Below, piece after piece: positions 24,505 through 38,603 of a stretch of DNA of 64,000 nucleotides. The notes beneath the pieces are model-generated. The model saw only the letters and a program-made list of their open reading frames with translations, had not been told where the DNA came from and made no database searches. Position numbers and translations under genes: made by a program. The stretch is from Stylophora pistillata. Taxonomy: Eukaryota. The first letter of the stretch is position 1. Every line of letters starts with the position of its first letter. The stretch is taken from assembly GCF_002571385.2 (NCBI RefSeq), contig NW_019217830.1, positions 576,391-640,390 of the forward strand, read 5' to 3'.

Positions 24505-25857
24505 ATGTTTTGTGGAATAATTTACAGGATCAACTCAGTTGATAAAAACCAAAATTACCTTGTCACTCCCATTGACACAGCACAACAGTGTTTCTTACCC
24601 CCTTGATCGTGTTATATTGGCTGTTTTTGAAGGAGCTGGCTAACTGGTATGCAAAAAGTAATCTTACATGTTCCAAAGTTGTTCTGTTAGATTGTTGATT
24701 GTACAGCTGTATATGGTATACACCTGAGAAATCTCCCATTCATGTATATAACTTCATTGCATGCCATTTGCCTTGTATCTAGCACCTAGAATACATTTTT
24801 TTTTTATTTATAATTTTTTATTTTCCACCACTTGGCCAACTCCTGTTCTATTATCTGCTGGTTGCATTCCTCATTTTATTCTGACATTTCCTTTAGAAAC
24901 AGAAAAATTGTTCTGGATATTTATATCTGTTATAAGTTTGATGTAAATAGTATTTTTATCTTGATCAGTTCCTTACTCAGAGGTCTTTCTCAGTTTCCTT
25001 AGAAGTCATTTATTCACATCAACAGCACTCCAAATTGGGATTGTTTTTTTAGTGGCTAAGGGACTAGAGAAATTTTTAGGCGACATTTTGCTGTGTAATT
25101 TGTTAATCTGGTAACCTGTTTTTGACGGTTATGTAACAAGTTGTAATTTTCTTCAAACTTACCTCTATAGTATGAAGTTAAAGGGAAATAAACATTTTTA
25201 TTAAATTGTTAAAATCACTTTCTTGTTGTTTTCTTCAATGAAACTTTACCTCTTCCTATGTTTCCTAAATATTATGATTTGAAATGATGGGAGAATCTTA
25301 AAAACAAATGCCAACTGTACTGCTTACTCCAAGACAAGCAAATTTATTTTGATGGTCATGTAACATGGCACAAAGTGTTCTTCCTGTTATATCTAGAGTC
25401 TAAAATTTTATCTCAGGCAGCAATTTAGGAATTTAGGTCACAAAATGACCACTGAGGAAAATTAAACAAACACTGATCTGTACAAAGAAGTGAGCTGATT
25501 CACTTGTTGGAATTATGATCGAGCAGCATTGATGAATTGAATAGTTCATTGGCTCTCTAACCTTTTTTAACCTTTTGACAGCTAAGAGTGACTAACGTCT
25601 CATTTTTTCTTGGAATGAATCACACATCAAGGCCACAAGAATAAACGAAATGATCACCAACTGAAGAAGCACTTAATTGTTGATGACAAAGGTTAGGAAA
25701 AAATTAACCTTTAGTTATATCACTAAACTTTGGCATTATCTCCTGATGGTCTGAACTTTCAGTGCTTGATGTTTCGTGTACGCCATTGCTTGCCTATTTT
25801 TCTTATTCAGTCGTGAGAAGTCTGGATCTGTTATAGTTCCGCGGGCTCAGCTTCAAA

Positions 25858-28800
25858 ATGGCGCGAAACATATCCAAAGTAGATGAGGTTAGGAAATGTA
25901 TCACGTAAATTCCTTATTACTAGGCTAGTTTTAGTGACTATTTTAGGAATATATTTTTCAAGTTTGGATAAAGAATCCCTCAATGTCTCAACGGCCTAAT
26001 TTCAAGCTAAGAATGCGCACTTTGATTGCGACTCTTTGACCACGAACAGAACTCATGTCAACAAAAATGGTTGGCGAAGACACGGAGCTGGATGCCACGG
26101 TAAGAATTGAGTAATCTATAAATTAATTTCAGTTTGCCAAACAGTAAATACTAACAGAACGGTTTTGATGTTTTCGTCGAGGCAATGTTGAAATCGATTA
26201 CTCGAGCTCTACTGGCCAGTTTCATGTACATTTCTGATCAGCGCGTGAGGTTAATTTAAGTTCCTTCGATTGTACATTAGAAAGAATTAATTTTCCCCAA
26301 TTATGTGAAATCTGAGAAGGATACCGAACTGCTGATTTGAAGACAGTTTAACACAAACGAAGAGCACAATAGGTCTTTTGTGTGGTTCTCTCAACAAATT
26401 TTGTTTGGAGTAGAATTACATATTAAAGAGTAACTGTGATATGGAATGTATAACGAAAGTTTTTAGATCCTCGCATTTTATAACCGAACTTTGAAGCCAC
26501 CAACATGGGAGGTAGCTTAGGTTACTTTAGGGCTGAGTGTTTTCATACGAAAGAATTGAAATGCACCTATAGATAATGTTAACTCTTTTTGTTTGAATAG
26601 GGCAACACTAAAAGAATGTGTTTGTTTTATTGTTAATCCATGTTTCGTTTGTCTTGACAGTCTGACCCTACAGATGGTGTTAACAAAGAAACTAAGAAAG
26701 CCAGGCCTATTAATGCCTTTTTTCAGCCTGTCAGGGCAGAAGAAGGTGCAAAAACTTTGTTTGGAAAAGAAATTCCACCAGCAAACTCTAAGAAAACCAG
26801 TCAGTCATTAACAAGCAGTGTTGGTGTCAACAAGAGGGAGAATGAGATATTTCAGGATACCAAAACTCCTGCCTTGACTTGTAAGAAGGTTGGTGGATCA
26901 GGTGAAACTGTGAAAAAGAAACAATGTCCATTGGATGGAAACTTGGGTTACCAAGCACTAAAACAGGAGTCATCCTTAGAGGAAGAATTTAAATCTAAAC
27001 AAATAAAATCTAAGTGGTCAGTTACATGCGCTGTGCAGGGTACTTCGAAGCTTTTGAATAGTTCAGGATCAGACTTTGAAGATGATGGAAAAGATTTATT
27101 TAGTGCAAAAAATAAACTGGTACAAAAGTCCTGTAAGAAGAGGGCAAGAGATAAATCAAGAACTGCTCACAAATGTAAAGGAAAAACCTCAGAATCTTCA
27201 GATGACAAGGAGAAAGATCTTGAAACAAGTCAAGTTGAACAGATAGAAGATGAATCTCAGGGAATTACAGATATTGAAGCAAAAGCTTCAATTAATAGTG
27301 CCCAAAGTAAGCAGTTTAGGACTAGTGCCTTTGATGTTTTGATGAATAGTCAAAGGGTCAAGAAACAAGAGGATGATACAACAGAGATTTCTTTGGAAGA
27401 ATCGCGAAATGTAGTTGAAATTATTTCAGAAAAATCAAACTCTTGTGATATTGTTGATTATAAAGAGATGGTCCATTCCAAGTCAAATGTTAAAAAAGTA
27501 CTAGAATCAGGGAAGGATTCTTCTCCCGATAGGATTCACTCAAACAAAAACTCAGAGACAAATGCTTTTGATTTGTTAATGAAGAAAGGAAAGAGTCCCA
27601 GCAAAAGAGATTCCCAGCCTCAATCTGAGCTAGATGAACCTCCAAAGACTTTTGATGGCTTGTCTAAGAAAAAACTCAAGAAGAAATCTTTTGAATTTCA
27701 TCTTAGTATTTGTGGTGGCAAAAAGAAAAATGTGGAGTTTTTCATAGAATCTGACAATCCAAGCAGTGATGTTGTAGATTGTAAAAAGAATGTAAAGGGT
27801 AAAAGGAAAAGGTGCAAACCTGAAGGAGATGGAAGTGAGTTGGTAGAAAGTAAAAGTGATGAAGCCTTTCTCAATGATAATTCTGAAGAAGTGACAGTAG
27901 TTTTTAAATCAAAAAGAGGTAGACAAACGAGCAAAGTTGTAAATGAGAAAAATGTAGAGGGAGATCAAGTTGTGATGTATGAGAAGATAAAGAATGAGAA
28001 GAAAGGGAGAAAAACTGGGAAGAGAAGCTCTTGCACTAACGCAATTGGCAGTGAACTGAACGATGCTCTTTGCATCAAGGAAGCTCAGTGTAGGAGCAGA
28101 AACAAACAGCAACGAGGAAATGATGATGTAGATGCTAAAGAAATGAAAGAGAAAAGGAATGTAAGAGCCAGAAGGAGAGGCGATACAGCTTCCTCACCAG
28201 CACAATTCCAAGATGAATTACCCTGGTATGTATGTATGATCATGTATATGTTGTAGATCAATTTTATACTTGGTTCAAATTTTATTTTCCTTTGTTCTCG
28301 GTCATGTTATTGTATGATAATGAGTTTGAAACAAAGGAAAATAAAATTTGAACCAAGGATAAAATTGAACTACAATATATATATATATATTGTGTTCAAT
28401 GAAAATTTTGAATTTCAAAGGGTTTTTTTTTCTTGTTAACATATTGTAAATGATTTGAGAAAATATGTTTTTGCAAAAAAAAAAAAAATTCTGGAAAACG
28501 AAATGCCACAAAAAGTTGCTATCTTCAGTTTATGGGGGTGGGGGGGAGTTAATTGTAACTAAGTGGGAGAGGGTAGAGGCAGATTTTGGCTTTTTATATT
28601 ATTTCAGTTCCCCTGGGCAGTAGGGTATTTCCTTGGAAGATTTAAGTAAATTTGTTGACTCTGACAAATTGGCTTGTTACTTGTAGTTATTCGTTTACTT
28701 TACTTTTACTATTTCTCTGAAAGTACTGAAGACCTTGAAATGTCCAAGAGAAGAAGAGATCAGAAGAAAAAGAGTGAACAATCAAGCAAGGAACAGTCAG

Positions 28801-31800
28801 GCATTGATATCAGAAGTATGGATGAGGGAAAGAACAGAGCTGACATTGAAAAAGAGAAAGCAACGAAGGACCTGTCCAACAATGAGATAACAGCTTTATG
28901 TAAAGGTGTGCACAAGAAGAATGATTTCTTTAGTTGAAGTAACTTCTTCAGCAACTGACTGACAGAGTGCCACGCTTAGCTACAGTATTTTTGGATTTTA
29001 AGTCATTACTTTTTGCCAGTTAACTTTACCTCATAAATTATCCACATAATCATTAGTGGTTATGTCCAAGAAGCAGCTTTTTTTGTGGTACTGAGAAACT
29101 GGCAAAAATTTTTTTCTATCCTAGATAAGACATGTTTATTACTGACCTTGTTTTATCTGTCGGTGCTGTAAGTTATGGAACCTCCTTTGTTTCATGTTCA
29201 GATTTATGACCCAAGTGCAAAGCGTGTAGGCCATAAATCTGAGCCAAAAAAGTGAGGTTTCATAATGTACAGCACAAACAGATAAAACAAGGTCAGCAAG
29301 ATGTACATCAGTTCTCTGGGTTCAGGTAAAGATCCTCCATATTATTTTACCATAATTTGGGAGTAATGCTGCATTCTGAGTGGCCAATTTGCCTTTGTCA
29401 AAAAGAGTACAGCAACGCTGCTCACATCAAGGTGTCATGCAACGTGTCACAAACTGAAAAAAATCATTTTATTTGAGGTCGATATTGTGGGAAAAAACAA
29501 ATTAACAGTTTTTTTATGGTGGTCTGTACTCTTATCAACAATGATATTTGTCATTACAGTAGTCAAAGTCAGTTGTGGACTAACTCAGCTGCACCTCGTG
29601 AGTTCACAACATTTTGACCACTATGATGATAAATATTGTTGTTGAGAAGAGTACAGACCCACACTAAACCACTGTCAATATGTTAACTTTGAAAGGATCT
29701 TTTCATTTCCAGAGCCCAAACCTTTGGCCTCCATATTTCTCAAGAAGAAACCATTTATCCCTAAAACTGACATTCCAGAAGAACCACCTTCAGTTGTGGC
29801 TCATTCAGTAACATCACCCACCACAACCTTAACAGCATGTTCAGTAATTATGGTAGACAAAACCACTGATCAATGCAGCATTACTGACGTGGATTCCTCT
29901 TCAGTAAAAGAAAAACCAACTATCGACCAGGAAGCTGCCAAAAAGGCATTTAATGCTTTGTTTACTGGGGCACACCATCAGAAAACTCTGCCTGCTGTTA
30001 CTGCTGCAGAGGTTCTTCCAGCTCCATGGCCAGCTGTCAGCCACGTGGTTCAAAAAGAGCATTGTGATTCTCTTGGTGTTGATTTCTGGAGTCTTCCTTG
30101 GCCTATTGGGGGAAGTCATAAATCAGACGATCGCTCATGTCATTTATTGCCTGAAGGTACATTGAGTGTGTGTACAACTTGGGTTGTATGTGTATACCGT
30201 AAATCCTCTATTAGGCCCCTCCTCTGATAATCACTTTGGTCAATTAGTGGAGTTAGCGCTATATAAATTATGTTAAATTAAATTAAATAAGCCACCCCCC
30301 TCTAATAACTCCCTCCCCCCCCCCCCCCTCCATTAATCCCACTGACAGATGTGACTGCTGATTGGATTAGACAAATGTTTTCTTCACATTTTATTTCTCT
30401 TTATTCAGTTTATATCTCCAACACAATATCACAACAAAGTACAGTCATGTTTTGTGGAAGGAGAATCATTGAACAGTCCCTATGTCACTTCAAGAAACTG
30501 GTACCAGTAAGTAAAATTCACAAAATTAATGAACATCTTTCTCTCAGTTTTTCTGTGTTTAGCCAGCATCTTAAATTATTATGGAAGGCTGATAGAATAA
30601 TTTTTGTTGTGGTTGTAACTCATTGTGTTTAACTTTGTGTTTCTTTTTTTATCAACAGGAAGATAAAGCAACAGAAAAAAAATTCTCTGAGGTTATCACA
30701 AAGAGCATTGTCTCAGAGCTGGCATTGTTTTACCCTGGCATACCACTCAGGAGACTTTACAAAAGATATTTTTCAAAACTGCAAAAGTACAGAGCAAGTG
30801 GTGCTGTTGTGGACCTTGAACAAACTGTCCCAGAGAAAAAACCAGAGGAGAGAGTGAAGAGCAGTGAAGAATCTTTAGGAGACAAAGATGGGAAAGATAA
30901 CATCGTGGCAAATAGTTTATGCACCAAAAGAGGAAAAAGAAAGCAGCAATTGTCTTCTGATGAGAAAAGAAGCCAGGAGAAAGAGACTACAAGGAAACAT
31001 GATGGTAAACTAGTAAAACAAGGTACTAGAACTGACCAGCTTGTGAAAAAACCACGCCAGAAAAGAAGAAGAGAAGACGATGGTGACCAATATCAGGTGG
31101 AGGTCATCAAGGAACGAAGATTATCCTTAAGAATCCAAAGAAAGAAGACACACTTGGAGTCTGACACCCTAGAGGATAATTTAGAGCAACCAGAAACTGC
31201 CTCGAGCATGAAGAAGAGACTAAAAACAAGTAATCATCAGGATGGCCTGAAGGAAACATCAGAACCTTCTATGCAGTTTAAAAAGACGGCAGAGATACCT
31301 GTTGTTCCCAACAGTGACACAAGTAATTTGGAAACTTTTGTCAATGATACATTGTGGACAGAGTTGTATCGGCCTCTGCACTCCACTGAAGTCATGGCTA
31401 ACGCTTCTTCTGTCAGAAAACTCCGATCCTGGCTGCAAGAGTGGAAGATCAAGAGAGAGAAAACTCTGAGGAAAGAGCTTCAGCAACAAAAAAGGTATCA
31501 AGATTCTGAAGTAATTGCTTGTCATGTTGTAGTAATTTTAGTGGGTGTGTTTAGTTTAAATAGAATGCTCATTGGATAAACATATTAAGCAGCCACATTT
31601 AGTTGAGTATTGGCCTCATTTTTCAGGCTTTTAGCAAAACAGAAAGACAAGCAGGCACAGAGCAGGCAGGGCTCCACTCACTCGCTTGAGTGGTGGGATG
31701 CAGACAGTGACTCTGACTTCCAAATGAGTGACCATGCTTCAGATGAAAGTGACACAGAGGAAGGTGGCTTGAACACTGCCATGTTTATCTCTGGTCCCAC

Positions 31801-34800
31801 AGGAGTTGGGAAAACAGCCATGGTGTAAGCTTGTGCAGAAGAACTGGGTTACAAGGTACTATTTGCCTTGGTGAAATAGTTCACCTGGACTGTTGGTGAT
31901 AATAGTCCACTGTTTTGACAACTTGAGTGGAGGTCATCATCAGGCTTGAACATTGACTAGTGGAAGTAGGCTTTCACTTGACACTGATGATTTCCACACA
32001 AATTGTTGGAAGGTCAGTCACCAATGTTGATAGCAGTCCTTCTCTGGACTACTCTCACCTGCTGGAGGATCTGATCACAATCAACTGTTATCATTGCCTC
32101 AAAAATCTACTTTTTTAAGAATTTTGTCATAAGACTCTAGGGTACATGGTATGTCCTGGTTTCTATGGTGTTTGTCCATTTTAAATGATCCTGATAGTCT
32201 TCAACCCTTCCATGGGTACAAGGTTCCAGGTGGTGCCACTGTAAGGGTTATTGAGAATGCCAAACTGCCCCATTGCAATGGCACAGAGATTCCACAAGGG
32301 TAGATGCAATAAAGCAGAATAATGTATTTTGTAAAAAATGGTTCATTGTCTATATTTTTTACCATTTCCTCAATTTACGAAATAATGGTTTGTCACTGAT
32401 ATTGTTGGTAACTTTGGAAATTTGTAAAACATTAGGTATTTGAGGTCAATAGTTCCTCCAGACGTTCTGGCAAGCAGATCATGTCACAGCTTGAAGAAGC
32501 CACCCAATCACACCTGGTGATCAGAAACAAGGGTGTGGCCCCACCCTCTTCCTTTTCAGGCATCTTTGATAAGCCTGTAAATAATTCTCCCCCCACAACT
32601 GGTCCCCTGAGTGCCTTTTTGCAGAAGAATATAAATGTCTCTGAAACCAAAGCCAGCAAAAGTGGGAAAAGAAAAAAAGACAGGAACATGAAAGAGAAGA
32701 AGAAGCAGGGATCCAACGGGAAAAGCAAATCAATTCTCAAGCAGCCATCACAACCAGTTAAAGATGACAGTGAATCATGTTCAAATTTGTCTTCAAAAGC
32801 TGCCTCTCTGATTTTGTTTGAAGAGGTTTGTTAATTGTCTGATTAATTTTTCTTACAGACCAAACTTTGTTGATTGTATTTATGATTTCAGCTTCTTAGA
32901 TCACAAGTTAGAGGACATGACTGAAGACCTTGTCGTCATCTTCCTTTTACACTTGTTTTTTACCCCTTCTCTTTTCTCCTTCTTTTTACCGTCATTATTA
33001 TCATCCTCATCGTTATGAACCCTTATTGTGCCACTTGTCTTATGAGTATAAATGTGTGTTTGTATAGCTGCTAATATATTTGCCATTCCATCATTATTTG
33101 TCTAGGTTGATGTTATTTTTGAAGAAGACAAGAGCTTTTGGATGGCTGTAAACTCCTTCTTGCAGAATGCTAAGTGTCCCATTGTTTTGATTAGCACAGG
33201 TGAGAGACAGACCCTAGCAGGGTCAAGAACTCAGAGATAATAATAAATAAGTAGTAATTTTTTGTTTGTGTGTTGGTATGTTTCCCAAACATCCACAGCA
33301 CTTTGTCTATTTTCCTTGACAATTTGCCACCACCATTTACTCCTGTGCAGAGAGAGGCAAGAAAGAGAGTAAAATGTCTTGCCTGATAACAAACCACATA
33401 TAGACTTGGCCTGAGTGCAATTGTGGGTCTCTCCATCCCAAGTCTAGCAATGAACTCTAGGTCAGAGTGTCCCCAGCAGTACTGATTCAGTAGAGATAAA
33501 AGAAAATGCAAGTTGTATGTTGTAGCAATGTGGGAGGCACAGTGGCCACATGGTTAGTATGCTCAACTCTGGATTGAGTATTTAGGGTTCGAGTCCTGGT
33601 GCCTCTCTTCACCCAGGTGTTTTAATGGGGAACAGCAAATTTGATGCTTGGGGGGGGGGTAACCCTAGGATGGACTAGCATCCCATCCAGGGGGGAGTAG
33701 AAATATTCCTAGTTGCTTCATACTGCAGAAACCAAAGTGGGCCACTTGGCTCATAAGCAGACTTTACCTTTACCTTGCTCATAGCAGTTTCTTCCTATCC
33801 AAATGTATCTAAACTGCTGCTTCTTAGCAGACACATCTTTTAATCCAAAGCACAATCTCCTGCTAGTTATCAATGTTTGTACAGGTTCACAGCTTTGGAA
33901 GGTTAACTTTTAGACCTGTTTTATGGGGAAAGGTTAAATGCAAGTCTGTATTTCTTTTCTGTAAATGACAGATTTGCATGTAAACATTACAACAAATTTA
34001 ACATTACTTGTTGATTTTTGAGTATTTTGATAAAAAGACCTACAATAATTTCAATTTCTGTTTTCTGTCCATTATTATTTCGTTATTGTCAATTGTTTTG
34101 GGCAATTAAAAGGTGAAAATTTTTTCTTTCCTTCTGAACTGTGCCGTTAAACTTGCCAAGAAGTGAGCAATGCTTTTGAATGGACTCTTTTTGCCTTCTA
34201 CATGCACCAGTTATTTTTAGCTATTTATTGTAACTGGAATTTGTTTCCCAACTCAGTCAGATACATAAAAGAGATGATCAGTACTCACCAACCCTGTGTT
34301 CTGGGTCCCTGTGATGAATTACAGATCCTCGTTTTTCCTTCAATTTATGGCGCATGCGCTTTGAGCTTATAAGGGGAAGAACTTGTTTTGTTATTTATTA
34401 CACAGACCTTGAACTCAGAGAGCAGAAGGCATTTAATTTGTCATGTAATGTACTTTTTGCAGACTCACAAGTGAGCTGTGAGGGACGTTATGATCAAATC
34501 ATGTTGAAACCTCCATCAGTAAATCTTCTAGCTGCACATCTACAACTTGTAGCTTTGACAAACAACATTTTCGTCAATCCTGAAGACCTCAAATCTTTGG
34601 TTGCGCAAAACAACTGTGACATTCGAAAGTCTCTCTTCGATCTGCAATTCTGGTCAGCATCAGGGGGGGGAGTGAAGGTGCCGTATAAAAGACCAGTGAA
34701 TTTGGAATCAAGTAAAATTGATGTTGGCAACAATGATCTGAAGCCTCAACATACGTCTGCAACCTCTGAAAGTAGCACTGAGAATCTGAAGACTGGCACT

Positions 34801-37800
34801 TCATCTCAAGATGTTCATCAGTTTGAACCTCTTGTAACTGGTGGTATTCTAAATGACGATGGAGAAGAAAGCCTGTTTCTTTCCGTAAGCGATTGGCAGG
34901 TAATCAAGAGCCAAGGAGCTGCAGGCAGCCTGCGCTCTTCAAAGAGAGGAATTCCTGGTCAGGCTAATGGCGACAACTCGGATTCTGATTTCTATGAGCC
35001 TAAGAGGGCAAAACTGTTCTGTCCTGATGGGTCAGCAGATTCTGTCTTTGAAATCACTGACACAAATGACAGTCAGCCTGTCAGCAGTGCAGATGAGAAA
35101 GCTGATAGCTTGCGCCAGCTGCCCTCCGTGGATTCCTTGCTGTTTGAGAGTGTGCATGGGTTCCTCAATTGTGTGGCTGATCCAACTGTTGGGGCACTGT
35201 CAATTCTGCAAAAGGGAAAGAAATCTGGAGATAAACTTGAGGTAAGCAAACACTTTTTCCTGTGGGGACATCAATTTCCTAGGAAGAACAAAGAAGTTCT
35301 ATTATCAAAGCTCTTTATTTCCCACCTTCAAGTGAATTGAGTAATTTGTTGTTTGGCTTGGTTATGGTTTAACGACTCTCACATGGATAGTCAGATTCTT
35401 GTCTTGTATTTTCATCATGTTTTTATATGATAAGATCCCCTTTTTAATTATATTTGTTAATGCAGAATATAGTAAAATTCATTTTCAATTAAGATAATGG
35501 GATTTTGTGTGTTTTTATTTTGCTAAGGAGTATGGGATTTCTGACAAGCTGCACCTGACGCACTTTTCCCAAAGACTTGATGTGAATTTGATCGAAACAA
35601 ATTTGAGTAACCTCATCCCACTGTTTGCTGAATCAGCATCTCCATTGCCGCAGACCGGGCAGGATCCACAAGGGATTCCATTTGAAAATCAGACAACTGA
35701 TGTTAACCCACCAATTGCAGAGGAAACGACTTTCACGAGTATTGATATACTCTCTGATAGAAGCCTTTTTGACGATGGCACAGACGAATCTACCAGTAGA
35801 GGGGAGACTGAGGGTGTCATGGAGAGAGATCAGACAATAGATAAAGAATCAGAAGATGGAAGGACAAAGACGTTGAGTAATTCTCAGGACTCCGCAGACA
35901 CAGGCTTTAGTGGGTCTCAACCTAAAGAAGGAACTGATGCAGCTGGAGAGGGTGAAATGCACGAAGAGGACTCTGCGTCCTGTGGAGAAACTGTCATGAA
36001 AGGAGGGAAACATGCTCGCAAAACGCCATCCAATAGTGAGAAGAGTTTATCTGTTTCCATTACAAAATAGCAGTCTAGGCCTAGTTCTTCAAAGAGCGGA
36101 TAACGCTGTCCGACGGATAAATGCCTATCCAGTGGATAAGTGTTACCAAAACGTAATGCGCTATCCACCGGATAGAGATTTATCCAGTGTATAGCGTTAT
36201 CCATCCTTCGAACAACTGCAGCCACAGTTTTAGGTATTATATATTGAAAGGCATATGATGTTGAAAACGACGGATTGGTTTCAGGGTTTGAATCCTGAAG
36301 GGGTAAGTTTGGCTTTTATTTCGTGCTCAGTTTTCTTTTTTATGAATTCTTACTCGGCTTCCGAAAACTTAAATTAAATAAAGTACTTTAAATGAACAAA
36401 AGTTGGTTGAACGTCTCGAGTGGCTGGAGGCATACCATACTAATTCTGGACCATGACTGGATGAGCAAGACACCTGATACCTTTTGTGATATCAGTAGAA
36501 ACTGCCTAATACACTAGGGTGAATTAAATATTCTTTTCTCTTTTAGGAGAAAGATGCTGTACTAAAGCGCTGGATGTTTTTGCGCAGTTTGCAGAAAACC
36601 AGTCCTTTTCAGATGCTTTCTGCCCGAGTCTTTCTGTCTCTAACACCCAGTCTTCCTCTGTTGATTTTGGCTGGTGGAAAACTGCGCTGAAGCCTGGACT
36701 CACAGATGAGCACGTGACTGTAGAGGAATACAGTCATTGGTTAGCTCGCGATACACGCGCAAGCATCCGAGGAGCATTAGAAGTGGCTAATTTGGAGAGT
36801 TGTCGGGCCAAAGTGAATTGTTTGAAAAACGATTTGGAAGAAATTAAAACTGTAGTTGAAGAGGAGAGCACCAGCATGTCGGAAAATGAGCTTTACAGTT
36901 CTAGCTTATTATCGGAAGATCTTCCTCCACGTGATTGTAGTTCTTTGTTGCATTTGAATTCACCTTCGCTCATACAAAAAAGGTAAAAGACGCTGCAAAA
37001 TTTCGTAACTAATATTAAGTGATGCCAGAAGCAATCTTGCGCCAAGCGAGAGATGATAAGTTTTCTTAAAGACCTTATTGGTTTAATATGACTTGTGTAA
37101 TGATAAGCAGTTAAAGTTGCTTTAGTTTTGATTAATGATGCTTGATTTAATAGCTGATATATCACCTTGTCATGGAGCCAGACCGCCTTCCCCAAACTCT
37201 ACGGTGGTTCACGACTTCGCCCATATAAGAATTTGTAGAAATGATTACGTGAATGGGGAGTGTTTACTTCAAAACTTGTCAGCTCTGATTCTAATCTGTA
37301 ATTCAGTTAAGCTTTAGGTGGCTCTTTCTTTTTGTGACGCAGTTTCAGATCTTTTTTGTTTTGGTTTGGTTTTTGTTGTTGATTTTGTTTTTGAAAGGTC
37401 TCGTGTATCGCATTATGTTTATGAAAGTTTATGGAGTAATTAAATCTATTCTAAAGAGTTGCGATTTTTGTTGTGTTTGGCTTGGTTATGGTTTAACGAC
37501 TCTCACTTAGACAGCCCTTTACTAATAAGTTATTGTATTGGCATTGTTTTACCGTTCAGTTCTACAGCGAGCCGGAGAAAGCTCTACACCTCCCTAGCGT
37601 CATGTATTCCATCATTGTACCACTGTGATCATCGCTGTTTAGCAAGTGACTACATACCAACGTTTCGCCTGCTCTGTTACTCAGAAAGGCTCCGAGAAGC
37701 CGCCAACATCAAAAGGAGGTAATTCAACGGGAAATTGCTTTACCTTTTTCGTAGTTCTCGAACGGCCGTGAGTGCAAATAAGTGCAAGACAGGAATTCTA

Positions 37801-38118
37801 ACCTCTTAAAATACCGCTTAAGGGTCTCAACTTTTGCTCATCCCGTCTCAAAATATTGGTATTACGTAATTATAGGGAGAAAACCTTGTTTAAACATAGT
37901 TTGTGATTTTTGCTTATGCAGTTTTAGAGATTGTTTCTGTTTGAATGTTGATTATGTGACCTAATGTGCTTTGTGCTATCAGTAAGGGATGATACTTAAG
38001 TTCAACACTGATGCAAATCTGATTTGTTTTCAGATTTCTTCATTATCTGGATCTAAATTCGTTTCCCTTGAGTCGGTCCACAATGGAGGCTTTAGCAGAC
38101 AGTTATTTGGGACAGTAG
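25858..38118 (+). CDS. ATAD5: ATPase family AAA domain-containing protein 5 (ELG1, PCNA unloader), with one in-frame TAA in this assembly
   Basis: Candidate first exons 25858-25887 or 26055-26099, then 26661-28225, 28724-28905, 29713-30185, 30659-31494, 31627-31855, 32436-32825, 33106-33199, 34463-35241, 35528-36035, 36547-36982, 37560-37718, 38034-38118. Motifs LWTELYRP, GPTGVGKT, FEVNSSSRRSGKQI...EATQSH, LILFEEVDVIF, CDIRKSL..LQFW, RRFLHYL. Confidence 0.92.
29505..29672. repeat. Decayed long palindromic element in an ATAD5 intron
   Basis: GGTCTGTACTCTT...AAGAGTACAGACC arms. Apex on the minus strand reads GA-GGT-GCA-GCT-GA. Confidence 0.65.
31870..32080. mobile_element. Decayed inverted pair of hammerhead-like (Penelope-type) termini
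   Basis: Minus strand ~31944-31908 reads CTGATGA-TGAC...GTC-AAAAC. Plus strand from 31984 reads CTGATGA...GGAAGGTCAGTC. Outer arms are imperfectly inverted. Confidence 0.45.
33532..33776 (+). mobile_element. tRNA-derived SINE
   Basis: A-box-like GTGGCCACATGG, B-box GGTTCGAGTCC, central GATGGACTAGCATCCCATCCAGGG and a (CTTTAC)n-like tail. Confidence 0.7.
36078..36223. mobile_element. MITE with internal (G)GATAA/TATCC repeats
   Basis: Imperfect TIR GGCCTAGTTCTTCAAA...TTCGAACAACTGCAGCC. A related TIR pair lies at ~43850-44083. Confidence 0.6.
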
Positions 38119-38319
38119 GGTCATCTAATAGCTGTCGTCTAGAAGCAGTCGTTTTCATTGAGTGGCCTGGATTCTTCCACGATTTATAACTTCTTGATTT
38201 TTATGCCGATTGAAATATGATTTGGAGCTGGATGAGACACCAGGCAAAAAGTAATGTTTTCCCTCTCTTACACTTATTTTTCAAACAAATATTTCCTTGT
38301 GTCTCAGCGCTTGGTATTT

Positions 38320-38603
38320 GAGCAGTTTTCAATTAAGTGTAAGAAAACCTAAAACCAAAATAATCCCAGCTACCAATCAGAGCAAAGGTTATAATTATCA
38401 TTAGCAAATGAAAAGTCAAAGTGAAAATAAGATGACTACTGAAAGCGCGGGAAAACGCTTTTAACCAAGGCGCGATTGTTTTTAGTTTTGCATCTGATTG
38501 GTTAAGAGGATGGCGTGGAGTTTTTCTGGACCAATCACAGAGTAAAGTTAAATAAAACAAAATCAATCCAGGATTGCTTTCAAAAATCAACTGAGAATTG
38601 CTC
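38320..38603. mobile_element. MITE-like repeat
   Basis: Imperfect TIR GAGCAGTTTTCAATT...AACTGAGAATTGCTC with internal CCAATCA motifs. Confidence 0.5.
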
